Positions 1 to 9,296 of a DNA stretch of 64,000 nucleotides are shown here, one piece after another. A model generated the notes under the pieces. That model searched no databases. It was not told where the DNA came from and saw nothing but the letters and a program-made list of their open reading frames with translations. The position numbers were made by a program, and so were the translations under genes. Location: NCBI GenBank assembly GCA_016182605.1, contig JACPGE010000107.1:10631-74630 (forward strand). Direction: 5' to 3'. The DNA comes from Candidatus Hydrogenedentota bacterium (GTDB lineage Bacteria > Hydrogenedentota > Hydrogenedentia > Hydrogenedentales > JAEUWI01). How positions within the stretch are numbered: the first letter of the stretch is position 1; each line of letters begins with the position of its first letter.

Positions 1-1
1 C

Positions 2-1207
2 GTGCTCGCCACGAACGGCTTTCAGGTGCTCGGCGTCGACGTGAACCCCAGCGTGGTGGACACGGTGAACCAGGGCAACATCCACATTGAAGAGCCCGGC
101 CTGCACACCATCGTGCGCGCGGCCATCCAGTCGGGCAACCTGCGCGCCGCCACGAAGCCCGAATGCTGCGACGTCTACATCATCGCCGTGCCCACACCGC
201 TCACGGAAGACAAGCGCGCGAACATGGACTACGTGCGCGCGGCCACGGAAGAGATTGTGCCGCTGCTGAAGCCGGGCGCATTGATCGTTCTCGAGTCCAC
301 CTCGCCCCCGGGCACCTGCCGCGATCTCTTGCAGCCCATCCTCGCGCAATCCGGGCTCACCCTGGGCAAGGATCTTTTTCTGGCCCACTGCCCGGAGCGC
401 GTTCTTCCCGGGCGCATCCTGAAGGAGTTCATCGCGAACGACCGCGTTGTCGGCGGCTTCGATGAAGAGAGCGCGCGGCGCGCCCGCGACCTCTACGCCA
501 CCTTTGTCGAAGGCGACATCCTACTCACCGGCATGACCACTGCGGAACTGGTGAAGGTCCTCGAAAACACCTATCGCGACGTAAACATTGCCCTCGCGAA
601 CGAGACCGCGATTCTCTGCGAGGCGCTCCAGGTCGACTTCGCCGAGGTGGCCCGCCTGGCCAACCGGCATCCCCGGGTGAATGTGCACATGGCGGGTCCG
701 GGCGTGGGGGGGCACTGCATATCCGTGGATCCCTGGTTTCTCGTGGAAGCCTTTCCGGAGGAAACGCGTCTCATTCGCACCGCGCGCGCGCGCAACGACG
801 GCATGCCTGCCCACGTAGTGAAGACCATCCAGGAATTGGTGGCCGGTGTGGAGGCCCCGAAGATCGCCGTGCTCGGTCTGGCCTTCAAGGGCAACGTGGA
901 CGACATGCGCGAGAGCCCTTCCGCGCGCGTGATCGAACTGCTGCATGCCGAAGGTATCGCCCTTGCCGCGCACGACCCCTACGTGAAACACAGCCCCATC
1001 GAACTGCACAGTCTCGAAGACTGCTTCAAGGATGCCGATTGTCTCGCGGTGCTCACCGACCACAACGACTACAAGTACATCAACCCCCGCCAGGTGGCCA
1101 AACTCATGCGCCGCCGCGTGCTCTACGACACGCGGAACATACTCGATCACAACGACTGGTGCGACGCCGGGTTTCAGGTGCGCGTGCTCGGCTCGGGGAA
1201 GTGCTGA
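2..1207 (+). CDS. wecC: UDP-N-acetyl-D-mannosamine dehydrogenase-like nucleotide-sugar dehydrogenase (5' truncated by window)
   Basis: IIAVPTP, LESTSPPG, HCPERVLPG, catalytic GGHCI and AFKGNVDDMRESP motifs; the N-terminal GxGxxG lies upstream of the window. Confidence 0.8.
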   Translation: MLATNGFQVLGVDVNPSVVDTVNQGNIHIEEPGLHTIVRAAIQSGNLRAATKPECCDVYIIAVPTPLTEDKRANMDYVRAATEEIVPLLKPGALIVLESTSPPGTCRDLLQPILAQSGLTLGKDLFLAHCPERVLPGRILKEFIANDRVVGGFDEESARRARDLYATFVEGDILLTGMTTAELVKVLENTYRDVNIALANETAILCEALQVDFAEVARLANRHPRVNVHMAGPGVGGHCISVDPWFLVEAFPEETRLIRTARARNDGMPAHVVKTIQELVAGVEAPKIAVLGLAFKGNVDDMRESPSARVIELLHAEGIALAAHDPYVKHSPIELHSLEDCFKDADCLAVLTDHNDYKYINPRQVAKLMRRRVLYDTRNILDHNDWCDAGFQVRVLGSGKC

Positions 1208-1254
1208 AGCAGCCCTGTTTCTGATCGTTGACCCGCGTCGCGCGGCCCCGCTTG

Positions 1255-1944
1255 TCAGGATACATCCCGCAACAGCGCCACCACCTCCGCATACGTTTTC
1301 AGCGCTGCTTCGCCCTTCGCGCTGAGCGCATAGACGCCGCGTTCAATCCGTTGAAACCACCCGTAGTGATCGTCATACACGATCGATTGCGTTCGCGCGC
1401 TGGCGCCGCGTTCGCGCAGTTGCTTGGGCGTGGCGGGCCCAATCTCCTGCAAGATCGACGCAATCAACAACGCCTCTTCGCGGTACGCCGTGACGTGCGG
1501 CACGCGGGTGCTGCCGCCGTTGTTGGCGCTGCTCTTGCGGTTGTGCAATTCCTCCAGCAGCGCGCGCTGTGCCTTCTTCTGCTGGCGGCGCTGGAAAGGC
1601 GTGGGCAGGAGCACGACACGCACACGGGGAGGCTTGCCCTCCGTGACCGTGAGGAGCCCCAGTTCCAGGCGCCGCAAGAGGTGCTGCATGCGCCGCCACT
1701 GCTTCTGGTTCTTTGGCAACGCGCTCTCCGGCACGCCGAGGTAAACCGTGCCACCAAGCTTTTGGCGCTGCACGGACTGAAGGATCAGGTCCAGCGACAG
1801 CCGCAACTTCAACTCCACAATCAGGTGCGCGCCGTCCTTTGCGGCGGCGATGTCGCAGGCCTTCACCTCGCCGCGAACGGTGTAGCCCTGCGCTTCGAGG
1901 AAATCGCGAATGGGCGCGTAAAGTGCGGCTTCGCGGTTCAGCAT
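1255..1944 (-). CDS. DUF2161 family putative PD-(D/E)XK-type protein
   Basis: LYAPIRDFLEAQGYTVRGEVKACD...IVELK, TAYREEAL and YGWFQRIERGVYALS, as I recall for DUF2161. Confidence 0.8.
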   Translation of the reverse strand: MLNREAALYAPIRDFLEAQGYTVRGEVKACDIAAAKDGAHLIVELKLRLSLDLILQSVQRQKLGGTVYLGVPESALPKNQKQWRRMQHLLRRLELGLLTVTEGKPPRVRVVLLPTPFQRRQQKKAQRALLEELHNRKSSANNGGSTRVPHVTAYREEALLIASILQEIGPATPKQLRERGASARTQSIVYDDHYGWFQRIERGVYALSAKGEAALKTYAEVVALLRDVS

Positions 1945-2356
1945 GGAGTGCGGCGGCGAGAAGTGTGGATTTGCGGAGACACGGATAGTTCGCCAATCGC
2001 GACAGCTTTCAGGAAAAGAGTCGCAAGCTCATTTATTCCTCTTCGAAGACAAGGCCGGCAAAAGTCCTGAAAGGAATTCTCGTGCCCACCGTCCTCCGTG
2101 GGAATGCATATAAAATTCACGTGCAATTTACGCATTCCCATGGAGGAGAGATTATCCTAGCGCGGCCGTTGGCCACAAGCAAAGGTTTCAGGAGGATCTC
2201 ACGCAAGGGCGCAAATGAACCACTTGCACCAATTTTTATAAAGTGATATATATTGGTTGGTATGGAAAGCGGGTTGTTCTCGGGATTTTTGCTTGCTGCT
2301 TCGTTTGCAGCCAGCAGGATTGGTCCGGGCCCCCGCGTCACATGGGAGCGGCAACA

Positions 2357-3028
2357 ATGCGGATGCTTGTGATGGTACTGGCCCTGCTAATTGCAGGCGG
2401 GGTTGGCGCCCAACGGCTTGAGGTGATGGAGTCCGAGACGCCGGAAGGGAAATTTGTACTGCGGTGGGGCGCGCCCATCGGGTGGAGTTCGAACCATGGC
2501 GATGTGTGCGGAGATGCGAATGATGAGGACCCGACGCTGGCGCTGATCCACGCTGGGGTGCCTGCGGGTGTCCAGCGGATCGCCTTCAGCGGGAAGGTGA
2601 ATGTGGAGGGCCTGGACCCGGCACTGAAACTGGCGCCGGGGCTCTTCACGTTGCAGTTCAATCCTACGGCGCTGGGTATGGCCGCGACCCGGGAGTTCGC
2701 GGGAGGCGGGAAGGGGTGGCAGAGTTTTTCGCTGGAGGGCGCCGTGACGAAGGAGACGGCGGCGTGGCTGTTGATCCCGGTCTTCAAGATCCGGTTGAAA
2801 ACCGGGCCGGATGACAGCCTGGCGCCGAATGCGGACGATCACAGCCGGGTCTTAATCGACGATGTGCAAGTGAGCTTTGACGGCAAGCCGCAACTGAGCA
2901 ATGGCGGTTTCGAGAACGGCAAGCTGGAGGAGGTCTTCGCCGATTTCATGGGCCTGAAGGCGTGGCGTGGCACGGACTGCGTCGATCGGAAGATCGTGTC
3001 CGCGGCGACGGGTGCGGCGGAGAAATAG
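2357..3028 (+). CDS. Secreted CBM4/9-like jelly-roll protein (apparently circularly permuted)
   Basis: Signal peptide MRMLVMVLALLIAGGVGA; GGGAG RBS; motifs GWQSFS, VLIDDVQV and LSNGGFE; similar to the domain at 27210-27758. Confidence 0.6.
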   Translation: MRMLVMVLALLIAGGVGAQRLEVMESETPEGKFVLRWGAPIGWSSNHGDVCGDANDEDPTLALIHAGVPAGVQRIAFSGKVNVEGLDPALKLAPGLFTLQFNPTALGMAATREFAGGGKGWQSFSLEGAVTKETAAWLLIPVFKIRLKTGPDDSLAPNADDHSRVLIDDVQVSFDGKPQLSNGGFENGKLEEVFADFMGLKAWRGTDCVDRKIVSAATGAAEK

Positions 3029-3073
3029 TCCGCCTCTTCGCCCGATCATTCATAGGCGCGCACGCGGCGTCAT

Positions 3074-3997
3074 TCATGCGTTGATGCGTTCGTTCGTCAG
3101 GATGCTGCGCTTGCCGGCGACTTCAATGTCGTTTGACAGGTAGTCGAAGGTGCGATGGTAGACCGCTTCCTGCGCCGCCACAACGGTCCCGGCTTCACGG
3201 AAGGCGCTTTCGTAGGCTTGGCGAATCTCGGTGCCGACATTGATTTTTGCGATGCCCCGTTTCATCGCTTCGCGCAGGTATTCCTTGCGGATGCCGGTGC
3301 CGCCATGCAGCACGAGCGGCAAGTCCGTGGCCCGGCTCAGCTTCTCAAGGTGATCCAGGTTGAGGCGGGCCTCCACTTTCTTCGCGTCGCGCTGGGCTCC
3401 GGAGACCGCGCCGTGTATGTTTCCAATGGCCACGGAGAGCCAATCGCATCCGGTCTCTGTGGAGAAGCGGGCGGCCTCGTCTATATCGGTGAAGCCTTTT
3501 CCACTGGTGTACAGTTCCTCGTAGGGCGGGAGCGGCCCGCTCTCGTGTCCCAATACGGCGCCAAGTTCCGCCTCGCAGGGCACACCGGCGGCATGGGCAA
3601 TCTGCACGGCCAGCGAAGTAGCGGCGATGTTCTCCTCGAGGCTCAGGCGCGAGGCGTCGACCATGACCGAGTCGAAGCCGAGGGCGATAGCCTCCTGGAT
3701 GATGGGCAAATAGTCCACGTAGATGTCGTCCTCGTCGACGACCGGGACGTGATCGAGATGCAGGCGCACGTGATTCGCGCCGGCGTATTTCTTGAACTCC
3801 GTGGCGATTGGTCCGGGCCCTTTCGCCTCGAACTTGTACCATTCCAGACGCGCAGATTCGATGAACGCAACGGCATCCGCGTCGACGATGGCCTGAATGA
3901 CGGGCTGCATCATGGGCAGGTACGGAATGTTGAACGCGGGAATGGCCAATCCGCCGGCCCGGGCGCGATCGATCAGTTGCTTACTGGTGGTTTCCAT
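3074..3997 (-). CDS. Class II fructose/tagatose-bisphosphate aldolase family protein
   Basis: HLDH, SVMVDAS, EAELG, GNIHG, LVLHGGTG, KINVGT. Confidence 0.9.
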   Translation of the reverse strand: METTSKQLIDRARAGGLAIPAFNIPYLPMMQPVIQAIVDADAVAFIESARLEWYKFEAKGPGPIATEFKKYAGANHVRLHLDHVPVVDEDDIYVDYLPIIQEAIALGFDSVMVDASRLSLEENIAATSLAVQIAHAAGVPCEAELGAVLGHESGPLPPYEELYTSGKGFTDIDEAARFSTETGCDWLSVAIGNIHGAVSGAQRDAKKVEARLNLDHLEKLSRATDLPLVLHGGTGIRKEYLREAMKRGIAKINVGTEIRQAYESAFREAGTVVAAQEAVYHRTFDYLSNDIEVAGKRSILTNERINA

Positions 3998-5414
3998 TGC
4001 GGGTCCTTTGCGGCGTTGCCACGTCGAAATTGAGGTAGGTGGAGAGGGCTTCCTGGAGCGGCGGCTGCACGTGCCCGGGGGTGATGTTTACGTGATGGCG
4101 GTGGCCGGTCTTTCCGATGTAGAGGAAGACCTCCTCCATATTGGGTATCTCGGCCACCCCCGCCACGCCGAAGAAATTCTTGTCGATGGGATCGCGGGTG
4201 ACCTTGCCCTCGCCCAGATAGAACTTCAGCACGCCATCATCGGTAAGCATGTTGCTGAAGGTCATGTCCATGGGCGCAATGCGGCCGACGTTGGGCCCGT
4301 AGGAACGATCGGGACCGAGAACGGTCTTGAGGATCTCGTGGTCGACGATCTGGCCGAGCCCGTCCATCATGGAGGGGGGCAGCGGTCCGCAATGAAAGAG
4401 GATGCACTTGTCTTGCGCGTCGCCATAGTTGTTGTTCCAATCGAGGCAGGCCGCGGGGCTCGCGGAAGCGAGGCTGAGCGCATGCATGGCGACGGCACTG
4501 CCAACGTCGACCTCACAGGCGGCCTGGATACAGCGCTCGTTCAGTTCGCCCATGACGAGGCAGGGGGAGATGCCGAGTTCTTCTTGCAGCTCGATCCAGC
4601 AGCGCAGGGCGAGCGCGCTGAGTTTGTACTCGTCGACGATCTCATCAACAATGACGCCCAGTTTGGCGATGTTTTGGAAGGCCCAATCGGGCGCGCGTTT
4701 CCAATCGGAGAGATGGCGGAGCTTTTCGGCCTTGTCCTTGAAGGGCGCGGCCGCGGTGTCGATCGCCTTCACGCGGGAGATGACACTGGACAGGTCGAGG
4801 GTCTCGACGGAGATGCCGTGTTTTTGCAGGGCGAGTTCATCGATGCGCACGGTCTTGAAGGCGGTGGTGCGCGCGCCGATGGCGCCGAGCACGAAGCGGC
4901 GCATGCCGTGAACGATGCGGCACACGCCGTCGAAATAGGCCACGTTCTCCCGGAACGCCGGTGTGGCGGGGTGGACGACGTGGGGTTTCAAGGCGGTGAA
5001 TTGCACGCCATACTGCTTGAAGACGTCCATGATGGAAAACTTGCCGCAGAATGCGTCGCGGCGGTGCTCGGGGCCCATGTTGTGCAGTTCGTCGGGATAG
5101 GCCTGGATAAGGATGGGGACGCCGGCCTCGCGCAACGCGGCCACGGCGCCGGTTTCATCGCCAAAGTTGGGCAGCGAGAGGATCACACCGTGGAACGCTC
5201 CCCGCCGATCGCGGAGAAAGCGCGCGTATTGCTCGCCTTCCTCTGGCGTTTCGATGGCGCCGTGCTTCGTGGCCGCCTCTGGCATAAGCAACACCGTGTG
5301 CCCCATCGATTCCAGGACATTAACGAGTTCCTTGCGTGCCGTCTCCTGATGCGCGGCGGGAAAAAAGCCCCGGTTGGCGAAACACAGTGCGAAGGTCGAT
5401 TTGCCGGTTTCCAT
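3981..5414 (-). CDS. L-fucose/L-arabinose isomerase family protein
   Basis: LPNFGDE, RRDAFCGK, RCW, ACEVD, LFHCG and C-terminal RHHV pattern of FucI/AraA-like isomerases. Confidence 0.8.
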   Translation of the reverse strand: METGKSTFALCFANRGFFPAAHQETARKELVNVLESMGHTVLLMPEAATKHGAIETPEEGEQYARFLRDRRGAFHGVILSLPNFGDETGAVAALREAGVPILIQAYPDELHNMGPEHRRDAFCGKFSIMDVFKQYGVQFTALKPHVVHPATPAFRENVAYFDGVCRIVHGMRRFVLGAIGARTTAFKTVRIDELALQKHGISVETLDLSSVISRVKAIDTAAAPFKDKAEKLRHLSDWKRAPDWAFQNIAKLGVIVDEIVDEYKLSALALRCWIELQEELGISPCLVMGELNERCIQAACEVDVGSAVAMHALSLASASPAACLDWNNNYGDAQDKCILFHCGPLPPSMMDGLGQIVDHEILKTVLGPDRSYGPNVGRIAPMDMTFSNMLTDDGVLKFYLGEGKVTRDPIDKNFFGVAGVAEIPNMEEVFLYIGKTGHRHHVNITPGHVQPPLQEALSTYLNFDVATPQRTRNGNHQ

Positions 5415-5438
5415 GTGCTGGTCGCTCCCTTGAAAGAT

Positions 5439-6992
5439 TTAGCCGCCGGATCCGCCAGGCGCGGGCGCCGGGCGGTAGGTCCAGGACGGTGCATGGGTGT
5501 GTATGAAATCGCCCACAAGCGGCCACAGCGCTTTGTAGGCATGGAGACGTTCGGCATAGTGCTGCGCGCGGCCAGGATCGGGAAGCAGCTCGCCGGAGGG
5601 CCGCACGACGGTGTGCACGCCCTCTTCGAGGCTGGCATAAACTCCCGCGGCGTGGCCGGCCACGATCGCCACACCGAGTGCGCCCGCTTCCGGCTGTTGC
5701 AGCCGGCGGATGGGGCGGTTGAAGATGTCGGCGTAAAGTTGCAGCCAGAGGGTGGATCGGCTTCCCCCGCCCACGGCGCGGAGTTCGTCGATGGCGATCC
5801 CGATCTCGGGAAGTCCGGCGAGGCTCTCTTGCAGGCTGAAGGCGATGCCTTCGAGGATGCCCTTAAGCAATTCGCCGCGATGGGTCTCCAGCCGGAGCCC
5901 GATGATCACGGCGCGGGAATCGGCAATGAAGTGCGGGGCGCCGGTGCCGGTGAAGTGCGGCAGACACAGCACGCTGGAGGGGTCTCGGGGCATCTCCGCA
6001 AGCAGTTGCTCGTAAACTTCGCCGCCCTCCACAAGGGCGCGTTCGTGGGCTTCGCGCGCACAGACGTTGCGGAACCACTGCATGATGGAACCGCCTGGAT
6101 TGTAGATGAAGGAAACGAACTGGCCGGGGGCGGCGGCATGTTCGAGATTCAGACCGCGCGCGCGGAACAAGCCGGGGCCGGGCCGTGTGTGGAAGGTGGG
6201 CACGATGATGTGGAAGGTGCCCATGCCGAGCATGGCCTGGCCATCGGCGAGGACGCCCGCGCCCAGCGCATTGGCGCATTGATCGTGGGCGCCGGCGATC
6301 AGGAGCGTTTCCGGCGGTAGATGGAGTTCATGCGCCATCGCGGGAGCCACGCTGCCAATCACCGTTCCCGTGGGAATGGGCATTGCAAACTTTTCGGGGT
6401 CGAGCGCGGCATGCGCGAAGATGCGTTCAGACCAGGCCTCGCGGTTCACATCGAAGAGGAGCGAGCGATTGACCAGGGAATAGTCGACCCGTGCCTCGCC
6501 GCCGAGCATGTAGGGCACAAAACTGCCCCAGTGGAGAAACTTGTGGGTGGCGCGATAGAGGTCCGGCTGGCGATCGCGGATCCACATGAGTTTCGTGAGG
6601 CTGTAGTGATTGCCGAGCACGTTGCCAGTGATAGTGTACCACTCCTCCTCCGGAATCGCGGCGCGGAGCAATTCGAGATAGTCCGCACCGCGCACATCAT
6701 CACTCAACAACGAGGGCCCCAGGATCCTCCGGTCTTTCGAAACGGGCACCATCGCCTCGCCGAGCGATGCGACCGCCAGCGCCAGGATCGGATCGCGGCC
6801 CTGCTTCGATGCGGCGGCGGCGATGACCTCCTTCACCTTGTGCCAGACCTCGTGCGCGTCCAGTTCGGACCAGCCGTCGCGGGGGCGCTGAACGGCGTAC
6901 TCGCGGTAGGCCGAGGCGATGACGCCGCCCTCCGCATCAAAGAGGACGGCCTTGCAGCCGGTTGTGCCCACATCCACGCCCAGAATACTCAT
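5439..6992 (-). CDS. FGGY-family carbohydrate kinase (xylulokinase-like)
   Basis: LGVDVGTTGCKA, AGAHDQ, LPHFTG, AVGGGSRS. Confidence 0.9.
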   Translation of the reverse strand: MSILGVDVGTTGCKAVLFDAEGGVIASAYREYAVQRPRDGWSELDAHEVWHKVKEVIAAAASKQGRDPILALAVASLGEAMVPVSKDRRILGPSLLSDDVRGADYLELLRAAIPEEEWYTITGNVLGNHYSLTKLMWIRDRQPDLYRATHKFLHWGSFVPYMLGGEARVDYSLVNRSLLFDVNREAWSERIFAHAALDPEKFAMPIPTGTVIGSVAPAMAHELHLPPETLLIAGAHDQCANALGAGVLADGQAMLGMGTFHIIVPTFHTRPGPGLFRARGLNLEHAAAPGQFVSFIYNPGGSIMQWFRNVCAREAHERALVEGGEVYEQLLAEMPRDPSSVLCLPHFTGTGAPHFIADSRAVIIGLRLETHRGELLKGILEGIAFSLQESLAGLPEIGIAIDELRAVGGGSRSTLWLQLYADIFNRPIRRLQQPEAGALGVAIVAGHAAGVYASLEEGVHTVVRPSGELLPDPGRAQHYAERLHAYKALWPLVGDFIHTHAPSWTYRPAPAPGGSGG

Positions 6993-7061
6993 TGCGGCGA
7001 CTGCCTCCCGGCGTTGTTGAAGCCCGAAACACTTGGGCGTGTTCTGGCGTGTCTGGATCCG

Positions 7062-8717
7062 TTATTGCGCATCTGCCGCCGCGCGTTTCTCTTGATTCAG
7101 CCGGTACGTGGGCAGCAGATCCTCCCAATCTTTCACGGCGTGGCTGTCCGCCCACTGGTGATAGCCAGCGCTCAATTCGCGGACCTTTTCGGGCATGCTG
7201 GAGGCCAGGTTATGGAGTTCCACGGGGTCGGCCGTCATGTCGTAGAGTTCCCATTCGTTGGAGGCCCACGTCACCTCGTCGAGCGAGAGGTGCATGCCCC
7301 AGTTGGATTTGCAGGAGACCAGTTTCCACCGGCCTGCGCGCACGGCACGGTTGCCTTCATGCTCCCAATAGAGCGGGGCGCGCCGTTCCAGGCGATCGCC
7401 GCGAAGGATCGGCAGCAGCGACTGGCCTTCGAACGGCGGAATGGCCTGGCCGCCGAAGGTCTCGGGATAGTGCGCGCCCGCGGCCTCCACACAGGTGGCC
7501 ATGAGGTCGATGACGTGTCCCACGTCGTCCACCAGCGTACCGTGAAGCCGCTCTGGTATGACCGCGGGCCAGCGCACGATGCAGGGGGTGCGAATGCCGC
7601 CTTCGTGGGCCCAGCGCTTGTAGAGGCGAAACGGCGTGTTGCTCGCATTGGCCCATGGCGCATCGACCGTGTGAAACGATGTCTCCGGCCCCGGGGGCAC
7701 ATCGGGCGTGAGGTGAAGCGGCTCCGGTGTGCCGCCATTGTCGGAGAGAAAGAGGATAAGCGTGTTGGCTTCCTTGCCGGAAGCGTGAACGGCATCGAGC
7801 ACCCGGCCGATATTTTGATCCATGCTGTCGATCATGGCGGCATAGACCGCCATGCTGAGATCCCAGCTATCCTTGTTTTCTACTTCTTCCCAGGGCGGCA
7901 CGGCGCCGTCGCGCGGACTCAAGGCGAGGCTGTCATCGAAAATGCCGAGTTCTTTTTGACGATTCAGGCGGTGCTGACGCAGCGCGTCCCATCCGTCCAT
8001 ATACTTTCCGCGGTATTTCTCGATGCCGGCCGCCCGGGCTTGCAAGGGGAAATGCGGCGCGGTATAGGCGAGGTAAAGGAAGTAGGGCTTGTCCTGTTGC
8101 GTGGCGGACCGGATGTATTCGATGGCGTGCCCGGAGAGGGCCTCGGTAAGGTAGTAGTCGCCGGGCTCTTGCTCAATCAGGTCGTTGTTCCGCGCGAGCA
8201 TGGAGAACGGCCCCACCTTGAAGAAGTTCGCGGCGCCGTGCACGATGCCGTAGAAATCGTCGAAGCCGCGATCATGGGGCCAGGAGCCGCGCTCCATCGC
8301 CACATGCCACTTGCCCGACATGAAGGTTTGATAGCCCGCGGGCTTCAGGACCTCCGCAATGGTGACGCAACTGCGGTTCAGCGCGCCGGTGTAGCCCGGC
8401 TCGCCATAATTGAACTCCCGGTCGGCCATGTGCCCCACGCCGGTCTGGTGGGGGTAAAGCCCGGTCAGGAGCGCCGCGCGGGACGGGCAGCAACGCGATG
8501 CGTTGTAGAATTGGCGGAAGCGAATGCCGCCGTTGGCCAGGCGATCGAGGTTGGGAGTGTCGACCTCACTGCCATAACAGCCGATATCGGAGTAGCCAAG
8601 ATCATCGGCGAGGATCACGATGATATTGGGCCGATCCGCGGCATGCACCGGGAGCGCGGCGAGGCCAAGCAATGCGGCGGCGCAAAGTGTTTGCAGCACG
8701 AGAATAGAAAGATACAT
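7062..8717 (-). CDS. Secreted arylsulfatase (formylglycine-dependent)
   Basis: Signal peptide; RPNIIVILADDLG; CCPSRAALLTG (CxPxR); GKWH; SDNG; HEGGIRTP; start moved to ATG 8717. Confidence 0.92.
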   Translation of the reverse strand: MYLSILVLQTLCAAALLGLAALPVHAADRPNIIVILADDLGYSDIGCYGSEVDTPNLDRLANGGIRFRQFYNASRCCPSRAALLTGLYPHQTGVGHMADREFNYGEPGYTGALNRSCVTIAEVLKPAGYQTFMSGKWHVAMERGSWPHDRGFDDFYGIVHGAANFFKVGPFSMLARNNDLIEQEPGDYYLTEALSGHAIEYIRSATQQDKPYFLYLAYTAPHFPLQARAAGIEKYRGKYMDGWDALRQHRLNRQKELGIFDDSLALSPRDGAVPPWEEVENKDSWDLSMAVYAAMIDSMDQNIGRVLDAVHASGKEANTLILFLSDNGGTPEPLHLTPDVPPGPETSFHTVDAPWANASNTPFRLYKRWAHEGGIRTPCIVRWPAVIPERLHGTLVDDVGHVIDLMATCVEAAGAHYPETFGGQAIPPFEGQSLLPILRGDRLERRAPLYWEHEGNRAVRAGRWKLVSCKSNWGMHLSLDEVTWASNEWELYDMTADPVELHNLASSMPEKVRELSAGYHQWADSHAVKDWEDLLPTYRLNQEKRAAADAQ

Positions 8718-9002
8718 CGGCAATTTTAGCCTTTTTTTGCCGCGAAGGAGCGCCTTGCGCGTAACCTTTGCGCCGTTTTCGGTGTAAATTGGCCGGCTTG
8801 GATCGTTTGCAGCCGGGCCGGACAATTAGGGATCGTAGTTTTGTCCACGGCGCCCACCGCAGCCCGTTATTATTCCATAAGTCTATTGATTTAAGCCAGT
8901 TAACTATAGACGATGGAGCGCAGACGAAGTGAAGTGGCGTTCCTGTTGTCCATGCGGCGGTGCAATTCCGAGCGTCCGCCGGCAAACACTTAATCCAAAA
9001 GC

Positions 9003-9031
9003 ATGATAATGGTATTAATTAGTTTTGTCAA
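9003..9031 (-). promoter_or_regulatory. Sigma70-type promoter of the sulfatase-kinase-isomerase-aldolase operon, with operator in the spacer
   Basis: Minus strand TTGACA-aaactAATTAATACCAT(17 bp)-TATCAT. Confidence 0.75.
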
Positions 9032-9278
9032 GGCCTGGCGCGAAGAGGGCAAGACGGAGGCAGGCACGGGAACGGTGACGCGAGAAAAGGCGGCAAACCT
9101 GGCCGGGATCGAGCAGGCAGGAATGAAACGATATGCGGGATGGATTGACGTTCAGGGAGGCATGGCCTCATAATGGCGGTGGCGATTGGGATCGCTGCCG
9201 GGACGAGGGCTTGGAAGACGGCTTTGGGCCGGGGAAAATTTTGGGGACCCATTCGCGAACCACTTGACCCAAAGTTTA

Positions 9279-9296
9279 AATTAATGGTATTAATTA
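9279..9296. promoter_or_regulatory. Palindromic operator candidate immediately before the GntR gene
   Basis: AATTAAT-GGT-ATTAATT; the 15-mer TAATGGTATTAATTA is identical at 9007-9021 and 9282-9296. Confidence 0.65.

Noticed and set aside
1255-1944. DUF2161 nuclease-like gene as a defence system
   Set aside because: Solitary, with no methylase, ATPase or other partner nearby
3897-8729. Two 800-aa + strand ORFs (3897-6320, 6321-8729)
   Set aside because: Antisense shadows of the isomerase, kinase and sulfatase genes caused by high-GC codon bias; no motifs
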